From: Ginglymostoma cirratum
Taxonomy: Eukaryota
Length of the DNA: 64,000 nucleotides
Direction: 5' to 3'
Assembly: GCA_024137785.1 (NCBI GenBank)
Contig: JAHRHZ010000155.1
Location: 832,537-896,536 of the forward strand
Below the pieces are notes generated by a model. The model saw nothing but the letters and a program-made list of their open reading frames with translations, was not told where the DNA came from and ran no database searches. The position numbers and the translations under genes were made by a program. Below are positions 12,301 to 23,733 of this stretch, piece by piece (positions within the stretch are counted from its first letter, which is position 1; the number at the start of each line of letters is the position of its first letter).

Positions 12301-13380
12301 AGTTAGCTGTTCCTTCTGCATTTCTGTGTCCATGAAATTGACAGTTAACTCTTTCTGTTACATTTCCATGTCAATAAGATTTACAGTTAACTGTTCTGCT
12401 GGAATTCCAAGCCAATGATGGTCCAAAGAATCAGCACTGTCATTTCCTGATGGAGATATGGGTACCTCTTTGTCCACAGCTATTTCCTTGCCCTCATCCT
12501 AATGATTGGAGAACTAAAAACTTTGATTTCACATCTCCTGTTAGGAATGGTTCAAGGACTTGATAGAGATAGAGAAAGGCAATTACTTCTGATGGACTGA
12601 CATGGGAGAATGGGGGGCATTTCATGCCAAGAGGGACAGGGAAAGCAGATCCTTAAAATCACAGCCAGATGACTCAGGATTGATGTCAGGAAACACTTCT
12701 TCAAAAAAAAGCAGTTCGATAATGTGGAACTTTCTCCAACAATAATCAGAGCATATCCAAATCCTGTTCATTCTCACAGTGTCCAATCTGTTTCCAATAC
12801 AGGAGAGAAGGGACGTGAAACAAGAAACTAAAACCAAACGTTGTGCCAATGATTATGAAGGTCCTGCTTATGAAAACTGTGATATGAATTGGGCTTTGAG
12901 AAACCAGAAGGTGAGCTACATACAACAGGATATCCAGGCACTCACCTCCTCCACTGGTTCTAATACTGATGTCCCTGGTCCTTTCATGTCTCTGAAATCA
13001 TTTACACAACCAAACTTGAACCCAGGAAATTGGACAACCCACATCACTCAGTATCAATCATCAAACTTCACAGTTCAGTATCAATAATCAAACCCCACAC
13101 TGTTCAGTATCGATAATCAAACCTCATACTGTTCAGCATTGATAATCAAATCCCACATTGTTCAAATAATTAATGGATCTGTTGTGGGTATAATTTGTAT
13201 TGGTGTATTAGTATTTAACAATACTAAATGCTGATCACTCTGAATGTCTCTGTGCTTTTGTTTCTATTGCAGAAGAAATTTGAGGAAATGAAATCGAATC
13301 ATAATGTTCATGTACACCAAGAAGACAATATCTATGCAAACTGTAACTCTGATGAGGAGGCTGTGTATGGGAATATTTAA
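3023..13380 (+). CDS. Gene A: Siglec/CD22-like Ig-superfamily type I membrane receptor, 3' portion; join(3023-3304,9991-10087,11236-11311,12803-12910,13273-13380)
   Basis: All introns GT-AG; phases 1,2,0,0 give one frame ending at TAA 13378-13380; Ig and TM exons are paralogous to gene B; 5' exons lie upstream of the window. Confidence 0.85.
3485..3770 (+). mobile_element. CR1 LINE 3' end
   Basis: ORF RGEKFKGDMRGKFFTKRVVGAWNALP; ends in a short tandem tail TTCTTTGTTCTTTGTTCT. Confidence 0.85.
3830..5815 (-). mobile_element. Two degraded CR1 LINE fragments (~3830-5100 and ~5115-5815)
   Basis: Minus-strand ORF remnants LYRTLVRPHLECC..LERIQKRFTRM and RRMRGNLIEMY. Confidence 0.75.
5821..8420 (-). 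mobile_element. CR1 LINE ORF2 (endonuclease + RT), frameshifted and 5'-truncated
   Basis: APE motif MGDFNFPNIDW (8047-8382), NYRPVSLTSVVGK..QHGF (7031-7378), GVSQGSVLGP..KFADE (6186-6863), 3' end at ~5821. Confidence 0.95.
9460..9925 (+). mobile_element. CR1 LINE 3' fragment
   Basis: ALEGVQRQFTKMLPGMEHFSNEERLDKLRLFSLEQRRLR. Confidence 0.8.
9991..10087 (+). CDS. Gene A transmembrane exon
   Basis: tttttccag|..|gtaagt; FQDFSGWKAGLLGAGIILSVGLSGFFIFKCVRK; same 97-nt length and phases as the gene B TM exon. Confidence 0.9.
10904..11170. mobile_element. Penelope-derived fold-back mini-element with 15-bp TSD
   Basis: Arms ~10904-10998 and ~11041-11134 are inverted repeats; TGCTTTCACACTGTT flanks it at 10889-10903 and 11171-11185. 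Confidence 0.9.
11044..11071 (+). ncRNA. Minimal hammerhead ribozyme core (PLE type)
   Basis: CTGAAGA-A-GGGC(CTAG)GCCC-GAAA-CGTC: conserved CUGANGA and GAAA boxes, stem II, palindromic ACGU stem III, GUC site; stem I is weak. Confidence 0.65.
11236..11311 (+). CDS. Gene A cytoplasmic exon 1
   Basis: tacacag|..AGG|gtaagt; phase 2 to 0 bridges the TM exon and 12803; AKSTGRGQTACVSRHTPGEQWDRSR. Confidence 0.7.
12210..12410. repeat. 42-bp tandem repeat, ~5 degenerate copies
   Basis: Unit like GATTGACAGTTAACTGTTCCTGTTGCAATTCCATGTCAATAA; 14-aa periodicity in ORF 12212-12418. Confidence 0.8.
12803..12910 (+). CDS. Gene A cytoplasmic exon 2
   Basis: aatacag|GAG..AAG|gtgagc; ERRDVKQETKTKRCANDYEGPAYENCDMNWALRNQK. 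Confidence 0.8.
13049..13165. repeat. ~29-bp tandem repeat, ~4 copies
   Basis: CAGTATCAATAATCAAACCCCACACTGTT-like units. Confidence 0.85.
13273..13380 (+). CDS. Gene A terminal coding exon
   Basis: tttctattgcag|AAG; KKFEEMKSNHNVHVHQEDNIYANCNSDEEAVYGNI*. Confidence 0.85.
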   Translation, partial: KKFEEMKSNHNVHVHQEDNIYANCNSDEEAVYGNI

Positions 13381-14339
13381 ACTAAGCAAGATTGAGAAAC
13401 ACTCAGTGTGGGGACAACACCGATTGACGGAATCTTTCAAACTCAAATTTACCTTCCAAAAATCCACAGGAATCATCCCCAAGAGCTAATTTGAAATTTC
13501 TTGATATCATGTGCTGTAGTTTCTTGAAGGTGAAGTTGTCTCAGAGTTGAGTGATGATGTGTCCAAGATGTTTCTGTCTGGATTTAATTTTAAACATCCT
13601 TCTCCAACAGTGTCTCCAACAGCAAGGGACATTCTTCTCTCCATTGTGATTGTATACATCTTTTGATCTTGATCAAACATCTACCAGGACTCGACACACA
13701 CATTCAATCCCATGCTGGTTCACTCCCTCCCACTCATCCAAACGGGTCAATGTTTTCTGAATACTCCCCTCTCCAGAACTCTCATTTCTCCCTATTTTCT
13801 CTCCTATCGCCTCTCATGCCCTCTGTGAGCTCACCCTGTCTGTGACAGCCATCTCCTTTTCCTATGATCCAGTTCCCACTAAACCGTTGATCATGCAACA
13901 TCCCCTCCTGGCTCTCATGTCAGCCAACAGTGTGATGGTCTCTCTCTTCAGGAACCGGGCCTCTCTCTTTTACGTCTCCCACCTACACACTTCCCTTCCA
14001 AAAATAACCATTCACCTCCTTAAACCTCCCACTTCTCTCTACTGTTTTAAACTGCNNNNNNNNNNTGCAATAAAGGCAGATTTACATTTCTTTAACACCT
14101 TGGACCACTGCAGGACATCCCAAAGTGCTTCAGTGAATGAAATTGTTTTGAAGTACAGCCACCTGTACAATGTAGGATTGACACAGCAAGATCCCACAAA
14201 ATGTCATGTAATTGTGACCCACACAGTTTGGTTTCATTGATGCTGATTGGGAATAAATATTGGCTGCAGCACATTGAGGAGGTGGACCCCGTTCCTTTTC
14301 CAAATACCAGAATGGATTTCTATATCCACCTGAACAGCA

Positions 14340-14590
14340 TTCCCTCGGTACTGATCCTCTGACAGTGCGGCATTCCCTCAGCACTGACCTCCAACAATTC
14401 AGCACTCTGTCAGGACTGTCCCTCTGACAGTGCTGCAATCACTCAGCACAGACCCTCTGACTTTGCGGCACTCCCTCAGTAGTGACCCTCCAACAGTCCA
14501 GCCCTCCCTCAATACTGACCCTGCGACAGTACAGGGCTCCCTCAGTATTGAACCTCCAACTGTGCGGCACTCCCTTAGTAGTGATCCTCT
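14340..14590 (-). repeat. 33-bp minisatellite array
   Basis: CACTCCCTCAGTACTGACCCTCTGACAGTGCGG units, same family as 51135-53330. Confidence 0.9.
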
Positions 14591-14619
14591 GAAGTGCAGC
14601 AATCCTTTAGTACTGGGGA

Positions 14620-14900
14620 GGGGTTGCTGTTGGCAACCGGGATGGGACGGGAACTGCAGAGCCCGAGACCATGGCCGCTGCGCGCATGTGCAATAAATCA
14701 ACCGCCGCAATCCCCCGCCCCTTATCTTGGACTCGCCCACGTTCCCGGCCCCGCCTCTCCGGGTGACGGTCCCTCCGCGGGAGAAAGTCAACCGTCAACC
14801 GTCAACCGTCAATTCTCTCCCCCGTCAGAGAAAAAGAGTGACCTGAGCAGGAGGCGGAAGAAATGCGAAGGGAGAGGGATGAGAAGTGATGGAGGATGAC
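14620..14900. promoter_or_regulatory. CpG-island, housekeeping-type promoter candidate
   Basis: Locally CpG-rich; X-box-like GTTGCTGTTGGCAAC 14623-14637, NRF1-like TGCGCGCATGTGCA 14679-14692, GC box CCCCGCCCC 14713-14721, CGGAAG ETS core ~14855. Confidence 0.65.
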
Positions 14901-15990
14901 AGATGGAACGAGGGATTTGAGTTGGTGGATGTACGGGGGAATGTGAGGGGGTGGAGGATGAAGAGAAGAGAGTTGGAAGGACGGGTATTTGGGAGGAATG
15001 AGGAGGAGGGGGCTGTGAGGGAGAGGACGAAGAGAGGAGGATTTTAGGGCCTGGGAGATTTGAGGGACATGGGGCTGTAATGGTGGCGGGGTGAGGGGAG
15101 AAAGCTGATCGGGAGGGTGCAGCGAATCTCAGAGGCATATAGGAGGAGGGTACCATGGGGGAGGTGCCTGTGAGAGGGATGGGCCTGAAGCGGAAGGTGC
15201 ATAGGGGTGCGGGGGAGAAAAGGGGAATGTGGGGAGTTGGTTTTGCGAGGGATGGCTGTTAGTTGGAATGTCTCTGTGAGGGGTAGGGGTTTTGTGAGAG
15301 GTAGGGGTCTGTGGGGGGTACGGATCTGTTGGGAATAGGGGCCTGTGAGGGTTGGAGATGACAAAGTCCCTTTCTTAAGACAAAAGCAGCATGGAAGAAA
15401 TAACCGTTCCCTGATGTCTTCTCGATGGCACCATTTGAACCAATCAAGAGTTTAATTCCTTGCCAATGAGTCCCTGTTTTCGTCCAGTATAAGTCGTTGT
15501 TCCCTTTGAAATTTGGTATTCCTGCGTCTGTCCTGATGAGTTCAAAATGAAATACTTGACACTGTGCCAAGGAATATTGGGAAGGGCTTTCGGTGGATGA
15601 GAGACTGTGTTAATGAGAGATTGCAGTATTGGACTTGCAGGTAAGACTTCTGGGTCAAGTCCTCCTAGCCCAGATTTGTGAAGCCTTCATTCCCAACCCT
15701 CTCCCCTCTCATTCCCTTAGGCGTACCATTTGCATTGTGGTTGCCAACAATCTGTAACATTTACAATTTACATATATTACTATGTCACTTTTGGAGTTTA
15801 GGTTTTAAAATAGTGGCATATGTGCATTGGTGACTTTTGTAAGGTGGTTTCTTCAGGAAAAGACGTTTAGAGAATCCTTCTATAACAGTGACCTAATCAA
15901 ATTGTAGATGACTGCAAACTCCTTGAGTGTTATTGAAATAAGATGTTTATTCTGTGGGTTTATGACAGATAGGATAAACATGTAAGACCA

Positions 15991-16083
15991 CATGCTCCTC
16001 TGATGCTGCTTGGCCTGCTGTGTTCATCCAGCTCTACATCTTGTTATCTCAGATTCTCCAGGATCTGCAGTTCCTACTATCTC
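15991..16083 (+). mobile_element. Penelope-terminus fragment with 8-bp TSD
   Basis: Same arm sequence as ~11080-11170; TAAGACCA at 15983-15990 and 16084-16091. Confidence 0.8.
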
Positions 16084-17714
16084 TAAGACCATAAGGTTTG
16101 TTTTTAGTTCAGTTGAATCTGTAACCAGCAATTTTTAACAATTTATTCAGAAAAAAAAGTTGTTTCTTTTTATATATTAGGTTAAGCAGACACCAGTATT
16201 GAGTTCAGAGGCCTATAATTTCTGTTTTCAGATGTGTGTAAGAGTTCATGTCGCAAATTTGGAATGCTCATTGAATTGTCTGTACAGTCCATGGCAAATT
16301 AAACAGGAAGGAATCAGTTACATAGAAACCATGTGATATGTGATTTATATATACATTAATATCACTTATTGTAAAATTGTATTTTTGAAATTTGAACTAA
16401 TCTTGTGTCACTTTTGTGTTGGAAAGAATTTAATAATCAATTTGTGAGTATTTCTGTAGCCATGGTGATAAAATAATTTTAGAGAGAGAGTCTTGAAGAA
16501 CTAATGGGTTTTTGTTTCCATTGGGAAGGTTTATGAGTGAGGAAAATATAGAATGCACTTAATAGGGCTGGAGAATGGGACTAGCTGGGTAGCCATTTTG
16601 AGAGCTGGTACAACACAATAGGTTGAATGGCCTCCTGTACTGTAAAATTCTGTGATTTGGCTTTCTGGTGGAAGATTTTAGATGTGGTTATAAGGAAGTG
16701 TTTTAGAGGATTAATAGGATTATGCTTTAGCCATATTTATACATTTCAGAATCTTTAAACACATGCAATGTGCAAGTAGTTTGTTTCATTCTATTTTATC
16801 TTCACTTCGCTTCACTTCACTTCAATTCATCTGTATAATAAACATTACGTGCTTGTGTTTTAGTGAGAGACCGCAAAACAAAAATAAAGCAAAATGTTAC
16901 AAGTCAAGCCAAATTTCAGTCTGAGATCTCGTGTCCAGTAATAACATCAGCTGACATCATATGCTTGATGAGTTGAGATTGAGATGTGACATCTCAGTGA
17001 ATCCAATAGAGAAGGGACCGTTCAACTACCATTGAAAGGCTTTTGCAGTCGATCCCTCTGTCCGTGACTGCAGTTGAATTTTTTTCTGTATGTATGTCTC
17101 TGTGTGTGCGTGTGGAGGTATTTTTATGAAGAATTTAGGGTTTTAGCAGAAAAAGTATATGCCAACACTTCATGATTGTTTATCTATAGCTGCAATCAAT
17201 TGATTTGTAATAAATAGACAACATTCAGCATAGAAATGTGGTCTGTGCTTTCTGTCAACCTAAAAGACAGGTACGATGTGGAATATTGCTTTCTCGTATA
17301 AAGCCTTAACTTTTGTGACAATTTGAGGAATAGTGAGGCTTGATTTTGAGGGTACCACCTGAGTGAGGCGTAATGCTTGGTATTTTTTTCTTTTATTTAA
17401 TTATCTTCTATTCTGTTGTTGAGGATAATATGAAGCCCTGTGTGATTAAGTACCACATTAAGATATGATCTATCAATTCAGTCCCATTAGCTGAGATCAT
17501 AACAAGTGGGAACTTTTTAACTAGATCTGAATTAATTGAATTTAAGAGGGATCTGTGTCTATCTTGGGGAAACGGGTATGTAGAGGTTTTTAATGTAATA
17601 GGAGTGTTGTAGTGAAGTTTATTGCGTGAATTGGACTTTTGAGCTGAACGTTGCAAAAATATTCCTGGAAATGAGATGTCAGTGGCCAAATCCAACTCCG
17701 ATTACCTGCACAGG

Positions 17715-17940
17715 ATCAACACTTTCTCACAGTGCCAGAGACCCAGGTTCAATTGTACCCTTGGGCGACTGTCTGTGTGGAGGTTGCACATTCTTCTCAT
17801 GTCTGTATGAGTTTCCCCCGGGTGCTCCCACAATCCAAAGATGTGCAGGTTAGGAATGTGCAGGAATGCAGGCTTACAGTGATAGGCAGGTATGGACGTG
17901 GTGGGCCGTACAGCATGCTTCCACACTGTCAGAATTCAAT
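17715..17940 (+). mobile_element. Degenerate HE1-type SINE
   Basis: CTCACAGTGCCAGAGACCCAGGTTC..TGTCTGTGTGGAGGTTGCACATTCT..CCAAAGATGTGCAGGTTAGG. Confidence 0.75.
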
Positions 17941-18179
17941 GTTAACATTTTCCTGCAGTCCCCAGAGAGTCATGAAACCTTTGTGTGACACTTGGTTGAA
18001 TAATATGTCAAAATCCACATATTTCAAATCCTCTGGTCAGCCAATGTCAACACTGCTAATTACAGCCTCACATGCGTCAAACTGACTTGTGAACCACAGT
18101 TTCCTCTCGGAAACCAAGGTGATTCTGTATAATTGTGTTCTGCTTCACACGCACATTGGCAGCAGTGTGTATCGTTTAT

Positions 18180-19325
18180 AACAGAAATTGCTGGAAAACC
18201 TCAGCAGACCTTGCAGTATCTATGGAGAGAAAACATAGTTAACGTTTCAGGTCCAATGACCCTTCTTCAGAACTGTTTGTAACTTGGAAAAGATTGATAT
18301 ATATGCTGAAGATGGCAGGGGGAAGGGGAGAGGAATAAGCATGAAATGGAGCCCAGAGAGACAGAACAACAGCTGAGCAGACAAAGGAATGGATAAAGAC
18401 CAGTCTTGGATAATAAATAGCTGCTAACAAGAACCATTAGGAGCTGACAGTGTTGAAACCAAAAATGCTGGAGATTACAGTGGGTCAGGCAGCATCCAAA
18501 GTTCGGATGAAGAGTTATCTAGATGCGAAACGTTAGCTTGCTTTCCCTCCATAGATGCTGCCTGATCTGTTGTGATGTCCAGCATTTTTTGTTTTCAGTT
18601 CAGATTCCTGCATCTGCAGTAATTTGCTCCCAGTAGCTGACAGTGGGTTGCTTGTGTTGCCAGCCCATGTAATAACGAGGGTCTGGTGTGTGGGGGTTGG
18701 TATAAGGAGATGAGAGAAGGTGCTCAGATTGAATAATGGTTGAAGTCGATATTGACTCCTAAACTCTGCAGGCCTGAAGTGGAAAATGAGATGCAATTCT
18801 TCACTGGAGCACTGCAGCAAGCCTGAGACAGAGATGTTGGTCAGGGAACATGGTGGTGAGTTGAAGTAGCAAGCAAGATTAAACATGGGGTCATTTTTGC
18901 AGACCAAATGTAGGTATTCTGCAGTGCGGTCACCCAGTCTGTGTTTCGTCTCCCAGTACAAAGTAGATCACATTGTGTTCAATGTATAAAGTAGACTATA
19001 TTGAATGGAGTGCAGGTAAATTGGTGCTTCAACTGGAAAGGGTGCCTGAAACCTTAAATAATGAGGGTGGAGGAAGTGAACAGGCAGCATTTACACCTTC
19101 TGTGATTGTGGGGTAAGTGGCTGTGGGGTTATTGGGAACGGGTCAAGGGGAAATGGGTTATGGGTTGGGAGTGATGGAATGGACCAGGGTGTCCAGGCCG
19201 GAACGGTCCTGTGGAAGGCTGATAAGGGAAGGGAGAGGAATATGTGTCCTGTGGTGGCAGAATCCCGCTGGAGGTCATGCAGATGGCGGCTAAAGATTCT
19301 TTTGATGGTAAGTAAGGACTGGAGG
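18180..19325 (-). mobile_element. Penelope-like retroelement remnant (GIY-YIG region) with a nested short element
   Basis: ORF 18533-18961 ETKHRLGDRTAEYL..ACYFNSPPCS..SVSGLLQC; terminus carries a hammerhead core. Confidence 0.8.
18238..18273 (-). ncRNA. Minimal hammerhead ribozyme core (PLE type)
   Basis: Minus strand GTT-CTGAAGA-A-GGGTC(ATTG)GACCT-GAAA-CGTT-AAC; stem I GTT/AAC. Confidence 0.6.
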
Positions 19326-19329
19326 ACCC

Positions 19330-20760
19330 TATTGTTGTTGTTATGGATCAGACCAAACCCCCTCAAAATATATGAAGGTGATAGCCTAGACCCTTTTTTC
19401 ACTTATTTTAAAGGCAAGTACCAGGCGTTGCATTCTGGATGCAATTCGATTGGTCAAACTGTTTGCCTTGAAGCAACACACACGTTATTCATACACTAGC
19501 ATTAAAATACAACAAAAAGAAAGAAGAAATTGGAATAATTTAACTTTATTGGAAAACTTAACAGACTAATCAATTATTTAACTGCTAAACAGTGACTGTT
19601 TTGAAACAGTAACATCCCATATATGCACCTTTGGCAAAAGGCAATTCAGCAAAACAGATTGTCTCACATGGTTCTACCAGGATGAAGAGAATCCTCAGCT
19701 TTTAGGTGTAAATGAGAGAGGAAAAACACAACTTCCACATCCAGCTTCAAGACTCCATCAGTTACTACTGAGAAACTAAAATTAAAAAGCCTGGTTCTAT
19801 GACAGCTTGACCCCACTCATTCAGGTTGCTTCTATTGTCCCAACATTCAAAATAAAACACTTCAAGGCTTCACAAATGTTTATTTTAGTGGCGCTAAGTA
19901 GGCTGACTTGCCACCTCTCTCTCTCTCTCTCTCTCTCTCTCAACATTGCTGAAAAAACCCAGGACAAAATATACCTCTTAAAGCCACCGTATCATCGCAG
20001 CTTCCTACTTAAAAAAAAAACAATCAATATACAAAGATGAGATAACAAGCATGGGACTGGATGAACACAGCAGGTCAAGCAGCATCATAGGAGCAGGAAA
20101 ACTTGACATTTCGGGCCTAAACACTTCATCTCCAATATACAAAGATGACTTCATTTTTAAAAATCTTAGTCTTATGCTGTTAGTTCACAGCAATATGTGT
20201 ACATTATTTTGACTCTGACCATGCAAACATTTACTCCTACACTCCAGTTCAGTACATTTTTGCTCCCACCACCAAACGCTTCCATCTTCAGAATCGTAAC
20301 GTATTGGCAATTACGTTCTCCATTCGCTCATGTGTATAATTTTCAAATTTTATGGCTGCAATAATAAGCTCCATCCAAACAATCTGGAACTTTTATCCTT
20401 AAACGTTTCCAAAACCTTGAAGGGGTTAAGATCAGTATATACGATTGTTTCAGACATATTACCAGCAATATAATTGTTGCAATGTTGTAACGTTAACGCC
20501 AAGATGAAGGTCTCCTTCTCAATCATAGAATGTTTCTGTTGATTATTCAATTATCTTAGAAAGACCTGTTAGATACTTTACATCTTCTTGTCATCTTCTT
20601 GCAAGAGTACAGCAGTGACACCCAAATCACTTGCATCAAGCCACCTTGAATGGCTTTCCATAATTAGGTGTGGCTAACACTGTGGTTACAGCTTTTCAGG
20701 CTGTCAAATGCCTTCTGACATTACATTGTACACTTAAATTTTCTGCACTTCTTTAGTAAG
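19330..20760 (-). mobile_element. Gypsy/Ty3-like LTR retrotransposon remnant (RNase H region plus probable LTR)
   Basis: ORF 20350-20550 HSMIEKETFILALTLQH..IVYTDLNPF..SRLFGWSLLLQ matches Gypsy RNase H motifs (YSxIEKE, YTDHNPL, RWxLxLQ). Confidence 0.75.
20041..20132 (-). mobile_element. Penelope-terminus fragment with 16-bp TSD
   Basis: CAATATACAAAGATGA at 20025-20040 and 20133-20148. Confidence 0.85.
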
Positions 20761-20894
20761 TCAGTTGGTGGATAAGTCAGCCGCGCCCATACTTGTGGGA
20801 GTGAAGAGAAGGAGTGAGAGCCGAAGTGCAGCTGATGAGTCAGACACAGCTGTTGGCCCTGTCAACCACAGTGGTGGAGAATCCTTGGTTGAGG

Positions 20895-21310
20895 AAGAAG
20901 GTTTAGAAGTAGACTTCTACAAAGTCGGCATCATCGGAATAGATGCGACAGATGCAGAGAAACTGGGAGAATGAAACAGTGTCTTTACAGGAAGCAAGGT
21001 GTGAGGATATATAGTCAAGGTAGCTGTTGGAATTGGTGGGTTTGTAGTAGATATTGGTGGCCAACCTATCCCCAGAAATGTTGAGGCAGGTGTTGAGGAG
21101 CCAACGATAGACAACGTGAAGGTGAGAGCAGCATGGAAACTGGAAGCAAAATTGATTAATTTTTCCAATCCAGGATGAGAAATGGAAAGAGTACTGACCA
21201 TGTCTTTGGTGTACTGGAGAAAGAGTTGTGGGTGGTGGCTGAAGTAGGAATGGGATAAGGAATATTCCAAGTTCCAAGTTATGGGCATGGACCCCAGTTA
21301 TGCCTTTTTT
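20895..21310 (-). mobile_element. Penelope-like RT fragment
   Basis: ISGDRLATNIYYKPTNSNSYLDY..SSH..CKD..FSQFL..RI is a PLE RT-thumb region. Confidence 0.75.
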
Positions 21311-21581
21311 TTTTGTGGGCTACATGGAACATTCCACTGTAAAGCATTCACCATCCTGCCTTGTAAATATATGGTTATTCATTCAGTGTTGCTGGGTCAA
21401 AGTCCTGGAACTCTCCCTACCACATCTGTGCATTTCTCTTTGTTAAGTGATCACAGAGGATGAAGAAGGCAGCTCACCAGCACCTTCTCATGGTCAGTTA
21501 CAAATTGGCAATGAATCCTTTCAGTGACACGTATAATCCTGTAAATGAATTTTTTTAAAAAGTCTCAGTTCCTCGCTGCAT

Positions 21582-21595
21582 CCAGCAGAGGGAGC
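21582..21595 (+). promoter_or_regulatory. CTCF-like motif
   Basis: CCAGCAGAGGGAGC closely matches the CCASYAGRKGGCRS core. Confidence 0.45.
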
Positions 21596-23733
21596 ATGAA
21601 TTGATGGGTTTACCTGTTTCCCATGCTGTGCATCTTATCTGTGTCTGTGTCTCTGTCCCTTTTTCCCTCTTTTTCCCTCTCTCTTTCTGTTTGTCTTTGC
21701 CTCTCTTTATTTCTTTCTATAACTCTCTCTTTTTCTCTTTAACAGTTGCTATTTCTTTCTTGCTGTCTCATCTCTCTCACTTTCTCTCTCTTTTCTCTCT
21801 GTCTGTCTGTCTGTCTCTCTCTCTCACCCAGTTTCCCCCCAGTTCCCTTTCTATGTTGGTCTGTCTCTGCGTCTCACTTTGTCTGGCTTGTCTTGACATG
21901 GTATGCTGCGTGTGTTGTGACAATCTGCAGTTAGTGAGTCTGCAAGCTGCACATAGAAATCAGTTAGTTGACAGTAATGTATGCAACATAATCTATCATG
22001 TGTTTTGCTGTTGTAAATAAACTAACAAGTAAGATTAATAAATCCTTGAAGAACAATTGATCATTAGAAGATTCTCCTAAACATAACTAGTCATTATTCC
22101 ATGAAAGAGCATGAGGGAGCTCTCCATGCTACACAATTAACCCTGAAGCAACATTACTCAAAATAAAATGGCTGCATTCATCGTCACATGGGATCTTGCT
22201 GTGCATAATTTGGATATCACATTTCCCACAATCCACCAATGATATTTCGAAATTGTGCTTTAAAAACAAATTGTTTTGGATATCTTGAGGCTGTGTAAAT
22301 TGCTATTGATTTGCAGTTTGATGCGGGAGCTGAGATAAAATTTTCCACTCAACAATTTTCCATATTGCTGCTTTTAACGGCTTCAGTGGAGGAAGGATGC
22401 TGTGGTAGTGGAGGCGGTATGGGCCATCCTATGGCCACTGCAGCAATTACTTGATGCGTGTTGCGGTGTGCTGGTCTGCTTCAGTGGTTTTATTGTCTTT
22501 GGCAGCATGATGGGCCCAGTTTGGGATTCCAATGGCCTGGGTCAGTACAGTCTTCAGCGATAAGGCCCTGGATTCCTTGAGGCAGCTTCTTTGATGTCTT
22601 CCAGTTGGGATTCCAACGGCCCAGCTTGGTCGTCTGCCTCAGCGGCAGCTCTGCAATGAGGTGGGTCCTTGAGGTGGCTTCTGCAGCATCTTTGGCAGCA
22701 CGCTGGTGCAGTCTGAGATTTAGCGGCTATGATGTTCTGCAACGGGTGAGAATGTGGTTCCTGTCTTTTCCTTGACTTTGGGAACTTATGTGAATTGAAC
22801 AAAGGTGGACTTTGTCTTAATTTTTTTTAAATATATGATTTCTGTTGTTAATACAGGTGCTGGAGTATGGCGACTTAAACAATTTTCAGTGTATTTTGGA
22901 AAGATATAGGTGATAGTAAATTACTATTCTTTTCTTTCGATGCCATTGTTGTAGATGTACTGGAACAGCTCAAGATGCTGCAAAATCGCAGAATATTGTT
23001 AGGGCCCATAGTCTTTGCAGTGTCCAGTGGCATCAGCCATTTCTTGCTATTAAGTGGAGTAAACCAAGCTGACAGAGAACTGCCATTGTGATGCTGGGGA
23101 ACCTCAGGAGGAGACTAAGACAGATCATCCAGTTGGCACTGTTGAATGAAGGTTGTTGCAGAAACTTTGCTTTTTTTTTTTTGCATTGTTGTGCAGGGCT
23201 TCCCCATAGTTCAATGTGGAATATTTGTGGAGTCTTCTCGTCCAGAGAGTTGTTTAATTGTCCACCACCATTCAGATCTTGGTTTGGCAGGACTGCAGAC
23301 CTGTCGCTTTAGCACTGTTTAATATTTGCTGCTCGTGTTCTCTGACTTGCAAATAGCCCTGTGTTGTTGCTTCACCTGGCGAACACCCCATTTTTAGGCA
23401 TGCCTGGTGCTGCCCCTGGCACACCCACTTGCACTCTCTATTGAACCAGGGTTGATCTCCTGGCCTGATTTAAATGCTAGATTGGGCAGTATGCTGGGCC
23501 AGGAGGTTGAAGATTGTATTGGAGTACAATTCTGCTGTTGATGGCCCACATGCGCATCATGGATATCCAGTCTTGAGTTGCTGGATCAGTTCAAATTTTG
23601 GCACATCCTTTTTGATGCTGGTAAGGAGGACTTTGCCATTCTTACTTCCAGAGTTTAGATTGGTGTCTGGTGGTCTGTCTGGTTCCTTTTCTGAGACATT
23701 TTCACAGTTTGACACAACTGAGTAGTTTGCTAG

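Noticed and set aside
12212-12418. Metallothionein-like Cys-rich ORF
   Set aside because: Product of a 42-bp intronic tandem repeat; no ATG start or splice support
21601-22020. Hydrophobic membrane-protein ORF
   Set aside because: Translation of low-complexity CT-rich sequence
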